A program made the position numbers and the translations under genes. From the human T2T-CHM13v2.0 reference genome, Homo sapiens: a stretch of DNA of 64,000 nt. Shown here piece by piece: positions 29,291-53,790 of the stretch. The number at the start of each line of letters is the position of its first letter. Within the stretch, counting starts at the first letter, position 1. The notes below the pieces were generated by a model. That model saw only the letters and a list, made by a program, of their open reading frames with translations. It did no database searches and was not told the origin of the DNA. The stretch lies in NCBI RefSeq assembly GCF_009914755.1, contig NC_060931.1; one strand, given 5' to 3'.

Positions 29291-30122
29291 TCAGGAATTA
29301 CTGTGTCTGTTTTCTCTCCGGCTTTGGTACCTGGTATTGCCACTGCTACTGGAAATTGTGAATTTGTTTACTGTAAACTACAGATTCTCTTGCTGTGTTG
29401 GAATGTGATTGCCTTGGACGTGCTTGGATTTGGTGGGAGGTCTATGTTGTGTTGGTGCCCACACCATTTTCCAAAGCTGTGTTGTCCGGGGCCACCCTCT
29501 TCACCTTGGGACAGGTACATGCCACACACACTTCCAGTAGAGCTCCCACTCAGGAAGGATGCCAGAATTCAACCCCTATTTGTTACTGGAAATACGTAAT
29601 TCCAAATCTTCAATATTTTTAATTATTGGTGGGGGAAAAAAAAGACTTGTGACCCAGCTTAGAGCTGATCTTGCTCTACTGGGTGACACTACGCCTGGTG
29701 GGTAAGCATCTCGCCAGAGCTCCCAGGCACAGGGGGAGTGTGCGTGGGTTCTGATTCAGCTTTGCTTGGTGTTGACTTGGAGGAACTGCCCGGGTCTCCG
29801 TGATAGCGTTTCTTCTAGACCATAAGCTCCCTGTGGCTGGGGCCGAGAATTTATGATGTTTCACCAGAGACCTAGTGCAGGCACTGGCTCCTATTAGGTA
29901 TGCAACAACTGGGTTCTGTTTGTTGAGTGAACAAATTAATGACCACATGAATTTGCAGCTTCTGTAGGAGAAAAACGGCGTCATCGATTTAGTCTGGTGT
30001 CCTAAAAGGACCATGAGCCTGTCATGGGGGGGAATTCAGACAGCCTTCTTCGGTTATGGGGAGGGGGGTGAGGTGTGTGTGTGCACATGTGTGTGTGTGC
30101 TGTCATTCTTGATGCCACTTAA

Positions 30123-32476
30123 TTTTTTTTCTTTTCTTTTTTTTTTTTTGAGACAGAGTCTTGCTCTGTCACCGAGGCTGGAGTGCAGTGGCGCGAACTT
30201 GGCTCACCGCAAGCTCCGCCTCCCGGGTTCACACCATTCTCCTGCCTCAGCCTCCCGAGTACCTGGGACTATGGGCACCTGCCAGCATGCCCAGCTAATT
30301 TTTTGTATTTTTAGTAGAGACGGGGTTTCACCGTGTTAGCCAGGATGGTCTGGATCTCCTGACCTCATGATCCACCCTCCTCGGCCTTCCAAAGTGCTGG
30401 GATTACAGGCGTGAGCCACCACGCCCGGCCTTTTTTTTCCTTTTTACATAGTTAATGTATCCAACTGAATTCTTGGTTTGTTTGTTTTCGTTTTCGTTTT
30501 TGTTTTTTTGCAACGGAGTCTCACTCTGTTGCCCGGGCTGGAGTGCAGGGGTGTGATCTCAGCTCACTGAAACCTCCGCCTCCCAGGTTCAAGCGATTCT
30601 CCTGCCTCAGCCACCTGAGTAGCTGGGATTACAGGCGCACGTCACCACGCCTGGCTAATTTTTGTATTTCTAGGAGAGACGGGGTTTCACCACGTTGGCC
30701 AGGCTGGTCTGGAACTCCTGACCTCAGGTGATCCACCCGCCTTGGCCTCTCAAAAGTGCTAGGATGACAGGCGTGAGCTACTACGCCCGGCCCCAACTGA
30801 ATTCTTGATGCCACTTAATTTTGAATTTCATTTACCCAATTCAAAATTCAAAAAATTTGTTTTCCTCATGAACCTGAGACCCTGTGCATATCCCATACTT
30901 GCTCTTCCCTCTTTCTCTAAAGCCTTTTCGCCCAGTATTTTTATAGTAAATGTGGATGGCTTGAATAATTACAATGAGAACAAGACTTCTGTTTGTGGTA
31001 ACTTTGAGTGGTAAGATTCATATGGGTGTCTTTTTTTCTTTATACTTTTCTGTGTTTTCCATGTTTTCTGAAGTGAATGTGGTTACTTTTTAAAATTATT
31101 TTTTAATTTTGTAGAGACAGGGTCTCAACCATGTTGCCCAGGTTAGTCTGGAACTCCTGCTCTCAAACGATCCTCCCACCTTGGCCTCCTAAAGTGTTGG
31201 GATTACAGGCATGAGCCACCATGCCCAGCTGCTTTTTTAAATACATACTTTTTATCATGGACAATTTCAAACATAGACATAGAGTAACAAGCTTCCACAT
31301 GGCTGTGGCCGGCTTCAGCAGCTATCATCTTGTGGCCAGGCTTGTTTTATCTTCACCCCCATTCACCTTTCCCCCTCGCCCCAGTTCTTTAGAAGCAAAT
31401 CACAGATGTCATCTTACTTTGTCTATAAATATTTCAACCAAAATTTCTAGAAGATAAGAATTCTTAAAAAAAAAAAAAAAACCACAGTGTCATTATCACA
31501 CCTAAAAAATGAATAATAATTTCTTACTGTCCTCAAATAATCAGTGCATAGGTTTCTCTTACTGTCGGCATGGTTGTTTTTTCTTTTCTTTTCTTTTTTT
31601 TATTTTTATTTTTTTTTGAGACGGAGTCTCGCTCTGTCGCCCAGGCTGGAGTGCAGTGGCACTATCTTGGCTCACTGCAACCTCCCAGGTTCAAGCGATT
31701 CCCCCTGCCTCAGCCTCCCAAGTAGCTGGGATTACAGGCGCTCGCCACGACACCTGGCTAATTTTTAGTAGAGATATGGTTTCACCATGTTGGCCAGGCT
31801 GGTCTCGAAGTCCTGTCTCCAGTGATCTGCCCGCCTCAGCCTCTCAAAGTGTTGAGATTGCAGCCCCCACGCCCGGCACCCTCTGCTTTTTTCTCATGGA
31901 GTCACTTGTCCTGTGTAGTTCCCCACACCTGCCTTTACAGATTGGATTCTGCCAGCATCCATTCACTGTGTCCCTCCCCCTTGTCATTCCTGTAAACTGG
32001 TTACTAGACCCGGGGATTCCATCAGACTCAAGTGTTTTGTTTTGCTTTTTTGCCAGAACTGCCTTCTAGGTGGTGGTGCACGCAGAGGTGAAAATGTCTG
32101 GGTGTCCCCCACAATTTGTAACATTAGCAGCTTTTGGTGGTCATTGCCTTGGATCCCTTAATTTGTTCTCACCTGCACTTTTTTTTTTTTTTGAGATGGA
32201 GTTTCACTCTTGTCACCCAGGCTGGAGTGCAGTGGCACCATCTTGGCTCATTGCAACCCCCTGCCTCCCAGGTTCAAGCAATTCTCCTGCCTCAGCCTCC
32301 TGAGTAGCTGGGATTACAGGCATCCACCACCACGCCTGGCTAATTTTTGTATTTTTAGTAGAGAGGGGGTTTCGCCGTGTTGCCCAGGCCAGTCTTGAAC
32401 TCCTGACCTCAGGTGATCCGCCCACCTCAGCCTCCCAGAGTGCCGGGATTGCAGATGTGAGCCACTGCACCCGGCC
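30123..32476 (-). mobile_element. Minus-strand Alus (AluY 30123-30430; 30476-30792; FLAM 31095-31230; 31590-31880; 32178-32476) with old L1M pieces between
   Basis: Alu consensus; gcaagctccgcctcccgggttcacaccattc AluY diagnostic. Confidence 0.88.
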
Positions 32477-32678
32477 ACCGGTACTTTTTTGTGGTTCATT
32501 TTGGCTGCCAGCATCGGATACGTGGCTGGGTTGCCATGCTCCATCTGCTGAGAGGCGTATTGTGAGTGGCAGGTGTTATGGATCACAGCCTCTGCATATG
32601 TGCCAGCAGAAAAAGTAATTGTAACCAGCAAAGCATTTTACTACATAAACGTTTTAGCCCCTATAAAAACATCCGGAG

Positions 32679-32782
32679 ATCCTTTTGTTGTTCATGAGCA
32701 TGACAATTGGGTGTTTTCATGCAGCGAGTGAGATGTGCCACCCTGGAACCTTGTTACGACGTCGCATGTTACCTGTCTGACC
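32679..32782 (+). pseudogene. Retroposed U13 (SNORD13) box C/D snoRNA pseudogene, probably SNORD13P2
   Basis: atccttttgttgttcatgagc...gagatgtgccaccctggaaccttgttacgacgt...tctgacc follows U13 end to end; box D CTGA kept, box C TGATGA changed to TGACAA; A-rich tail 32785-32800; TSD aaaacatccgga / aaaacatacgga on either side. Confidence 0.9.
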
Positions 32783-34498
32783 TGAAAAATAATTAATAAG
32801 TAAAACATACGGAAGCCAGTTTCTCATGGCTATTTCCAACTAGTCACTTGAAGAATATGGAATTAGTTATACAATTAGTTATACGTTGTATAACCATCAT
32901 AAAATTAGTTACAGATTGATGTGACATTATCTTGAAATTAATGGGAAAAGTGCCCCAGACCTGGGGAAGTCGAATGCCCCACTACGTGGCATCAAGGACA
33001 GTGACGGCATTCCTCTTCTCCTGGGGTTTTCCCACCCTTGTCACTGCCCTCACCCAGTCCCCTTAGGTGACCCAGCGCCTGGGTGGGTCACGCTTGGCTG
33101 GTGCAGGAGTGGGCGTATGTGCTGAGCTGGGCTTTGCACTTGGGACAAGAAAGGGTGTCAGATCAGTCTCTTTCCAGCGAGTAGACGTGAAAACTCAGGT
33201 GGTGCTGTCTCGCTTCTCCACGTGAAGGATCAGCCTGCAGTGCCAAAGGCGAAGGGAAGAGCTGTGATTAGGGAGGGTTGGTCTGTTAGTGAAGGAAGCC
33301 ACAGAGGAGACAAAGACGGGCATCAGGTCCGACTCCTGAGACCTGGTGGCCCCAGGACTGGAGAGGAGCAGATCCAGGTGCAGGATCTGCTGAAGGAAGG
33401 AATGTTCCCGTTGGGTGATGGTTTTGAACCGGAGCTGGGGAGAACAATCACTGCTGCAGAGGTTGGAGGGGGAGCCGCTTCGCGGAACGGGGTGAAGCTT
33501 TAGTTTCAGTCCGGTTGTATCTTGATAGCCAAGAAATGAAATGCGGCATCTCCAAATAAAGGCTTTATTCTTAGTGTTTTGCTAGTTGGCAGTTTTTGTG
33601 TATCACATATATTTGTTCCAAGTTAGACTGTCAACTGGTTAAAGTTACTTTAAAAAGCTTTGTGGGCAAGTAGCAAGTACATTGGGTCGAGTTAAAACTA
33701 TGAGCCACTTTCTAGTATTTGGTGTACGCTGAATTTTTTGGGCTTGCCGCCCATTTAAGAAAACTTACATAGAATTTTAAAAGTCAGTCTATGAGGAGGG
33801 TGTTGTCGTGTAGTATTATTGAACTGAATTTAGAATATTTGCATGAAAGCCTTTGTCATACTGATGGAGAAAAAGGGTTTGTGGGTGCTAAAAGTGTAGG
33901 ATGTAGTGGTGTTCATATTTAGTACTTTTGAAAAAGACGCAGCTATGTTTAAAATTTTGTGCTGAAATGAGACTAAAGCATTTGATTTGGAGATAGAGTA
34001 ATTTACGATTTGCTGTTTTTGCATCTTGTGAATGTCAGAGGATAAACTTGCTAAATTAATGACAACTCAAATTGCAGCAATGCCTCATTTCCATAATTAC
34101 CCTACATTTAAAGCATTTCATATTAAAATGAGAGGATTATATAAAATGCTTTTAGTTTGATTTCCTGGAAATAGGCCCCTGCATCGTGACTTGTTGGGCG
34201 ATCTTGTACTTAATTTTCATTGCGACTATTACTTTTCACGAGTTTCTAGTTTCCTGGTAAAATGTTGCCGGGTAATTAAAAAGGATAAAAAACAGAATGT
34301 GCGTAACCAAGAAGGCGTGTGGCGTGCTGCCAGGAATCGGAGGAACCAGGGTTCAAGAACTCGCCTCACCTGACCCATTTCTACAGTGTTGATGATGTAT
34401 GTTTTCCTCGGATGCTGTGAAGATGAGTTTGGGCATGTTTTGCTTTACTTAAACATAACAGTTTCATCATTAAATCATGAACTGCTTGCAAAGCGTAG

Positions 34499-34853
<355 letters not shown>

Positions 34854-35131
34854 TGATTAAGAAGAATCTCGTCTGCCCTCAGTACTGCATTTAACCTTGC
34901 TGGGAAAGGGGTGAACTGTCTTCCATCTGTTTCCTCAGAGGACGCTGAGCTCTGATCATGTTGCCTCTCTGCCCAGAAACCTCAGTGGCTCCCGTGTACC
35001 CAGGGCAAGAGGCCCTGCCCCTCAGCAGAGACCCTGTTATTATGAAGCTGTCCTCTAACCTGTTCCCCTAAGTGTCAAAGGGCATGGTTCTCTTTGGGCA
35101 GAATGGCTGCTGGACATTCTCTGCTTATACC

Positions 35132-36390
<1,259 letters not shown>

Positions 36391-36934
36391 AATTATAAAA
36401 AACAAAGTCTGTTTTATCCTGAGGTTCAGCTGATAGTTAAACTTGATCCCTTCGAACCCAATAAACTCTGTTTTTAAAAACAGAAATCTTTTATAGGAAC
36501 AGGCTTTTTGTAGTCAGTTAATTTTTAAAGCTGTTTTAAAAGTTGAGTGACACAGCATATTTTAAATAGACTTTTTATAGAGCAGTTTTAGGTTCACAGC
36601 AAAAGCATATTTTTATAGAAATAAAGTTATATAATTTAGTCGTTGGCCTTATTAGCATGTTGTGATATGACTTGGCTACAGTTAGTATATTTTTTTAAAT
36701 GTACAGTAATTTTTTGATGATTTAGGGTGGCACGATTCATCCTGTTAGTTACTGCCGTTATTTTCCCTGGGGGCCTCTGTCGCCCAAGCCGCTCTCTGAT
36801 GGTGCCCTTGGCCTTTCAGCCACGGATATGGGTGTCCCCTCCCCTGGAGAACAGCAGAGTGATGGGGGAGGTGGGACAGGGTTGGGGTGTCCCAGGTGAG
36901 TCCTGGAGTAAAGTCAGTAACAGAATTTGTCTTG

Positions 36935-37437
<503 letters not shown>

Positions 37438-38619
37438 TAGGTTTTTTTTTGTTTTATTTTATTTTTTACTTTGGAACATTTACATCAAAATAAGCAGACT
37501 TTCTGAAAAACTATGCCACTTTGGATAAACATAAAAATTCATTTTCTCCCTCCCCAGTCTGATAGGAACTCTTGGAGGAAATTTCTCTCTCTTTCCCTTC
37601 TCACTATAAATCACAGCAAATCAGCAGTACACAGAGAATAAAAGCAATCTTCTGCCTGTTCTGAAAAAGCTTTGCTTCTTGTGATTTGTATCACGAGGGG
37701 GAAAGGTCCTTACTGTTTTTCCAGACCTACAGTTGTGATAGAGGCTCCTCCCAGCCCCGCCCACAGACCCCAACAGTGCCCTCTCTCACAAATGGATTCT
37801 GGGGCTTGGTCTTTATTTTTGTTTTTGTTGGGGGCAGCATATGGAACCCAAAAATAGTATCATAGCCTAGATTTGGAGCTTTGTGCCAGCCTTGTCTGTA
37901 GGATGACCCGTGTGGGTCTCACCTGGTGACTGGGAGTCCACAGGGGTCAGTTAGTAGCAGGGAGCTGCAGGGCGCCTGTCAGCAGAGACCGTCTCATTCC
38001 CCAAACCCAGGAGCCAGAGGAACTGACGCCCGGATAAATGCCCAAGCCGCCCCGGGTGGGATTAGTCGTCTACCTTCCCAGAAATACACCCTCCCATCCT
38101 GTGACTTGGATACAGTTTACTGATGAAATTAGGGAACCTCCTGCGCCTTACCAAGAAGCTGTGGCTGGAACTTAGTCAATGAAAAATGATTTGTAAACTC
38201 TTTGGAGCTGGCTTTGAAAGAATGTTTAAAATGATAGCTGATACTGCCAGACAACAGAACAGGCCGGCCTTAGCCATGAGGCTCCAGAAGAAGGAGAACT
38301 GCAAAGTTTGTGTCCGCTACCTCTGCCCTTGGGATGGAGCCATTCTGTCTGCTTGGCTGTACAGCCCTGGCATTGGGAACAGTGATTCATCGCCGCTTGA
38401 TGAAAACATCTTTCCGTTAAGAATATCCACCTCCCTCGGGTTGGAGTCCATATTAACCAGGGAACACTTGCAGCCCTAATTTGGTTCCTAACCTGCAAGA
38501 AGATTTTGCTAGAATATCCAGCTTCCTTTGCAATTCTCTTTTTCTCTGTAAATTGTGGTGTGGACAGATTTTACAGGCCTGCCTACCTTTGGATTGGCCA
38601 ATCAGGGATGCCATGGCGA

Positions 38620-40434
<1,815 letters not shown>

Positions 40435-40562
40435 TCACTTCCACTCAAGCCAGTGACCAGAGCTCAGTCTCCGGCCACTCCAAGGGAAGGCAACGTGCTC
40501 AGGAAGAAGATGACAGTGGCCTGCTGAACAGCTAGCCGGTATTCACGGCCAACTTTTCAGAT

Positions 40563-40758
40563 CAGGGTAGCCAGCTGCAGCCTGTGGGCCAGACCCTGCC
40601 AGCTGCCTGTGTTTGTAAATAAAGTTTTATTGGAACACACCAGGCACATTTGTTAAGTGCTGTCTGTGGCTGCTGAGCTGAGCCGGAGACCATGTGGACC
40701 CCAGAGCCTGTGTTATTTCCTTCTGGCCATGCCTGGTGGCCCGTCTGCACACCCCTGC
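40563..40758 (+). mobile_element. MER58A (hAT-Charlie)
   Basis: gcctgtgtttgtaaataaagttttattggaacac core; caggg...cccctg ends. Confidence 0.8.
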
Positions 40759-40939
40759 CTTAGGCCACAGACTTCTACTCTTCCACATCAGTGCGTTTAC
40801 CTGGGTTCATCAGCACCTTTTATTACCAATTTCTCTCCACATTTCTTGTCAGGTTGAATCCTGGGTTTTGGGAATATGAATAGGATCTTTTTTTCTTATT
40901 ATTTTCTAAAGGTTAGTGTTTACATACAGGAAAGATAGG

Positions 40940-40940
<1 letters not shown>

Positions 40941-40986
<46 letters not shown>
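40941..40986. repeat. (TG)23 microsatellite
   Basis: Direct count. Confidence 0.97.
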
Positions 40987-40989
<3 letters not shown>

Positions 40990-41016
40990 CTTTGGTATGA
41001 GTTTTATAGTAACTAA

Positions 41017-43260
<2,244 letters not shown>

Positions 43261-43369
43261 GAGCCATTTCCGTCAGGAGGCCTTCCCCGGTGCCTGGCTG
43301 AGCTTAGGTCCCACTGGCTTGCACTGCAGCACCCCACGGCACCCTGTGTGGCCTGTCGTTGTTTGTGGT

Positions 43370-44120
43370 TATATTTATCTGAGACACCTGAGTTTTGTTG
43401 GGGCAGGACCACGTTTTTCTTGTTTATTGCATAGCCTCAGTACATACCAATATGCTTGGCACATAGTTGGCACTTTGTAAATATTTGTGGGCAAAATGAA
43501 TAAACAAATAGGAGAGATCTGAATGCAAAAATAACCTGGTGTAAGAAAGTGATCAGAAGTTCCATTAGCTTAGCTTCTAAAGGTCTGGCTTTTGCTGAGT
43601 GCCCTTGGGCAAGTGGATTGACCCCGAGCTCCTGTTTGCCCATCTGTAAAGTGGGCACACTTCCTTTTTCATAAGTAATTGTGAGAATTACTAGAGATAC
43701 ATTAGAAGTATTTACTGGGCCAGATGTGGTGGCTCAGTGGGATTACACCTGTAGTCCCCTCCCAGCACTTTGGGAGGCCGAGGTGGGAGGATCGCTTGAA
43801 GCCAGGTGTTGAAGACCAGCCTGGGCAACATGGTGAAACCCCGTCTCTACAAAAATTACAAAAATTAGCCAGGTGTGGTATCATGCACCTGTGGTACGAG
43901 CTACTCGGGAGGCTGAGGGGGAAGGATCCCTTGAGCCCCAGAAGGTCAAGGCTGCAGTGAGCTATAATCGCACCACTACACTGCAGCCTGGGCAACAGAG
44001 CAAGACCCTGTCTCAAAAAACAAACAAACAAGTACTTACCTCAGTGCCTGGCACATAGACAGTGCTGATAGATAAACATCCCACATACATGCGTCTGTGC
44101 TGCCATCATCGCTGCTGTTA
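43370..44120 (+). mobile_element. L2 3' end (43370-43510) and MIR split by AluJ (43717-44030)
   Basis: ggggcaggaccacg...tggcacatagttggcact...aaatatttg...atgaataaa; cccttgggcaagtg...catctgtaaagtggg. Confidence 0.7.
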
Positions 44121-44619
44121 CTGTCAAGGATGTATTATTCATCCTGTGATGTCAGAAGCGGAGGTTGTTGCAGGGCAGTGGGAAATGACTGCAGTGCTTT
44201 GAGCTGCTCACAGTGGAGCAGACTGGCCCTCAGGTCTGCTGAGCTCCCTGCCCCAGCCTGTTCCAGCAGGGGCGGCCGCTCACCAGCAAGGCTGTCATTC
44301 CTAGGCAGCATCTTGCACTGGCTGGAGAACGGGCTTCCTATCTCCAAGCTCCCTGCGGCTGTGAAGGCTGCACGATCAGAGCTAAACAGCAGGGGTTTGT
44401 TTTCTTGTGTTTTTCTGAGCTGCTTATCTAGAGAATGGGAGCTCAAAGGACGGGGGGCTAGAAGAGACAAACTCAGGTTTTACCTTGAATTAGTTTGAGT
44501 AACGTTTGTTGGGTACAGAGACTGGCCAAAACTTAGGGAGGACACTGAGATAAGAAGGTTTGATCTCAAAACAGTTCCCAGTTTTAGCCACCGTGCCCAG
44601 CCAATTCGTATGTATTTTA

Positions 44620-45883
<1,264 letters not shown>

Positions 45884-47341
45884 TTAGTGGTGTCGTGACA
45901 TCTTCTTCATGATCCTGTTTGTGTTTTCCACTTCTCTGGAAAGACCGCTTCATAGGTTGGTGCCATCAGACATGCGTAACCCTAGTGGGTGTAGCCCCCC
46001 ATCCTGGACGGGGCCTTGACGGGGCCTCTGGCCTCCTCCCCTGCCTTCCTCTTCTCAGCTCTGACCAGAGGGGATGGAAGCTTGTGTCCCTCTGGGTGAC
46101 AGACCCAGCCTGCCCGCCCTACCCAGCTCGGGTTCTGGGTTCCTTTGTCCTCGTCCCCAGGGCTGCGTGTCCTGCTCGTCCTCCTGAGCTCCTGGCCTGT
46201 GTCTCCACCTAAAAGGCCGTCCTCAGCTCCCCCTGCCAGGTCCGGTTGGGGACCGAGACCCCTGGTTGCTTGCACTGCTGGGTGAGAGTGCCTCTGTGTC
46301 GGGGGCTGGGCTGGGCTGGGCTGGACTGGGAAGACTGGCTCTCTCAGGGGATTCCAGGGCAGGCGGCTGGGAGGGCGTTTCTGAGGAAGTGCTGTTTTAG
46401 CCGAGGTCTAAGTTACAGGCAGGAGCTGGCAATGAGGAGTCAGGGAGACAGACCTCCAGCCATTGGGCCTCTCCGCTCTGGGGTGAGGGGAGGGAGGGGG
46501 AGGACCCGAGGGGGCAGAGCATTTAGGACATGGAGTGGGTAGGGCGTTGTGACAGCCTGGCTCTCAGGGGATGGGAGGACAACTCGCTGAAGTTCGTGGC
46601 CCCAAGACATGCGGAGAACCCGCGTCTGCAGGGCTGGTGGCGTCCAGCACAGGGCAGGGTCCTGGTGTCCTCGCCCCACAAGGCTCCCCCAGGGTGGCCC
46701 GACCCTGCTGCGCGGGAGGGAAAGAGCCACAACAAGTTGAAGGTGCCCAGGAGACTTGGGTACATTTTGCTCATCTTAGGGTTGGGGACAGAACATCATT
46801 AAGAATTGTTTTTATATCTGGCAAAACTAAAAGCTTGAATATTAAAACCAAATGATCCCGGGTAGAGCTGCAGCTGGGGACTGGTGCGCCATGCAATTGA
46901 CATAGCGCTGCTCGGGCGACCAGGAGGCCCTTCAGTGCTCCGGAGGCACTTTCAGAGCATCGTGACTAGATAAAAGTAGGTGAAAAGGGAATCGCAGCCT
47001 GCCGAGAGCTTTAGAGAGACTCCCCTAACCATGATTTAATCTGGGGAAGGGAGAAAAGTAACATATGGCAGTCACATTACATTATGACCATGAAGGCTAA
47101 ATACTCCCAGTCACTATAAATACAGAAAACCAAACCTGGTGGGAAAAAATGCGTGTATACGTACCCCTACGTGTGGAAAACTGGCTACCGCATGCTTAAC
47201 AAAATAACTTGGGAATGAATTACTCATGGTGAGGCTTCCGATCAGTGTCTAACCCTGGTAGCGTCTGCCAGTAGCCACACCGAAAGGGTCTACCAAGGGT
47301 ACACTATGGACATTTTTCATTTAAAGGTGAAAGATTTTTTA

Positions 47342-49037
<1,696 letters not shown>

Positions 49038-49148
49038 TCACGTGTCATTTCTTTTTGTAGGAACCAATTTTAAAAGAAAGCCGATTTTAAGAGCTCAGCT
49101 TTTAGGTTATATATCTATATAAACTATATCATTTCCAACTTTCAAAAT

Positions 49149-49274
49149 TATATATATATATGTATATATATATACGTATATATACGTATATATACGTATA
49201 TATACGTATATATACGTGTATATACGTATATATACGTGTATATATGTATATATATGTGTATATATGTATATATG
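49149..49274. repeat. Alternating purine-pyrimidine minisatellite with self-complementary 10-mer tatacgtata
   Basis: Ten 10-bp units 49171-49270. Confidence 0.95.
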
Positions 49275-50849
49275 CAATCCATGCTTATAGAAAATTGAAA
49301 AATACAGAAATGCGAGCAGGAGAAAAGCCACATAGAACTCTCCACAAAGGTAACAGCGAACGTCATTTCAGCGCGTTTTCCTCCTGTTTCCATTTAAAGA
49401 GATCTATAGCAGGGACTTGGCTGAAACCTTGTATTTGCATATTCACAACGGCTGCTGATCAGAATCACAACTGGTTAGGGGCTTAAATACTTAAAATAAA
49501 ATACCCCTTTTCTGTGAATGATCTGTTTAAGTGGGTAAAGTGCTCTGGCACCCTAAGTTAGGAGTTTATATCTGTGACACTCCTTCCCTCCAGCTAAACA
49601 GCAAGGGGAGGTGGTCAGGGAAGTTCCAGGAATGCAGGCCTCTGGCCCTAGAGTGGGGTGGGGCTGTGGATGCTGACAGTTGGGGGCCCATCGGAGACAG
49701 TCCCAAGCAGCATGGCTGGGTGTCTGTGGTTCCCTCCTATCAAGAAGGAACCTCTCCACCCTTCCTCAATGTGGGCAGAATCCTGACACCCACCCCACCA
49801 GCTGGATGAGGTAATGCCAACAGTCACCAAAAAGCAAAATGTGATTTACAGTTCTGTCTGAATTGTTTTCGGAGTGCAGAAATGTAAAGGAGGTCTTCAT
49901 CATCCTCGTGAAAGACACGTACAGGGTGAAACGTTCGAAAGCTATGTGAATGAGGCATGATTTCCTTTGTCAGTATCAGCCAGGTCATCGCTGACCCCGG
50001 AGTTGGGCTGACCTTCCTTGGCCGCCCGGATGCCGACCCCCAATGCCCCTGTAGCCTGGAACTGCTGGGTCGGCCTGTGCCTTCTCCCTCTCACCTCCCC
50101 CCGGGACTTCTGAGTTCCTTCTCCAAGGAGGGCTGTGCCCTAGACTTCCGGGCCACTTCCCTCTACCCTTGTGCAGGAAATAACTTACCTACTTCATGCC
50201 CTAATTGAATTCCATTGCATTTTCTTCTTAAAATAAAAGACTAAAAACTAACGGTTGCTTCCTGCCTTTGTCCGTAATGGCCACCTTCCAGTCTTAGAGA
50301 AGCAGCGATGTCTCCCCTCCGGGTTTCCCATGATGTTACGTTGCCCTCTTTGTTACCACCCCTGGTGCGGTGGACACAGACATTGCCCAAACACTAACGG
50401 AGAGGGAAGAGGTGCGGGGAGCTCAGGGCGTTCGGGGTGGTGTTCTGGTGGAGGGGACGCTGGTAAAGAGCAGGTCTGGCTCAGTGCTTATTTCAGGGAA
50501 AACTCTTGTGATGAATGGGCCATCCGGGATAAACAGATGGGACGGAGAGTGCAATTTACATAACAATTAAGCTAGTTTAGTACATCCGGCAATGCTGCTG
50601 AAAGCAGGCCTCTCCCTGGGCGGGCTTTCCGTGTTATTAATCTACTTTATGACCCAGTTTCCCCAAATGGATAATTTCGCCTTGGTAGTGTTAAGATGTA
50701 TTTAGCGACTCAAGTATCTGCAGCAGCGAGAGGGTGGGTGTGGGAGTCGGTGAATTGTCTCTTACGCCTTCCTTTCCGGGTTTTCCTGGAGAAGGCTGCC
50801 TCACTGGGTCTTTGCAGTTGGCGTGTTCCCCGGTGCCATTCGTATCTGA

Positions 50850-53790
<2,941 letters not shown>

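Noticed and set aside
44097-44498. Non-repeat ORFs of 133 aa (+) and 111 aa (-)
   Set aside because: No recognisable domain and no supported start or splice context.
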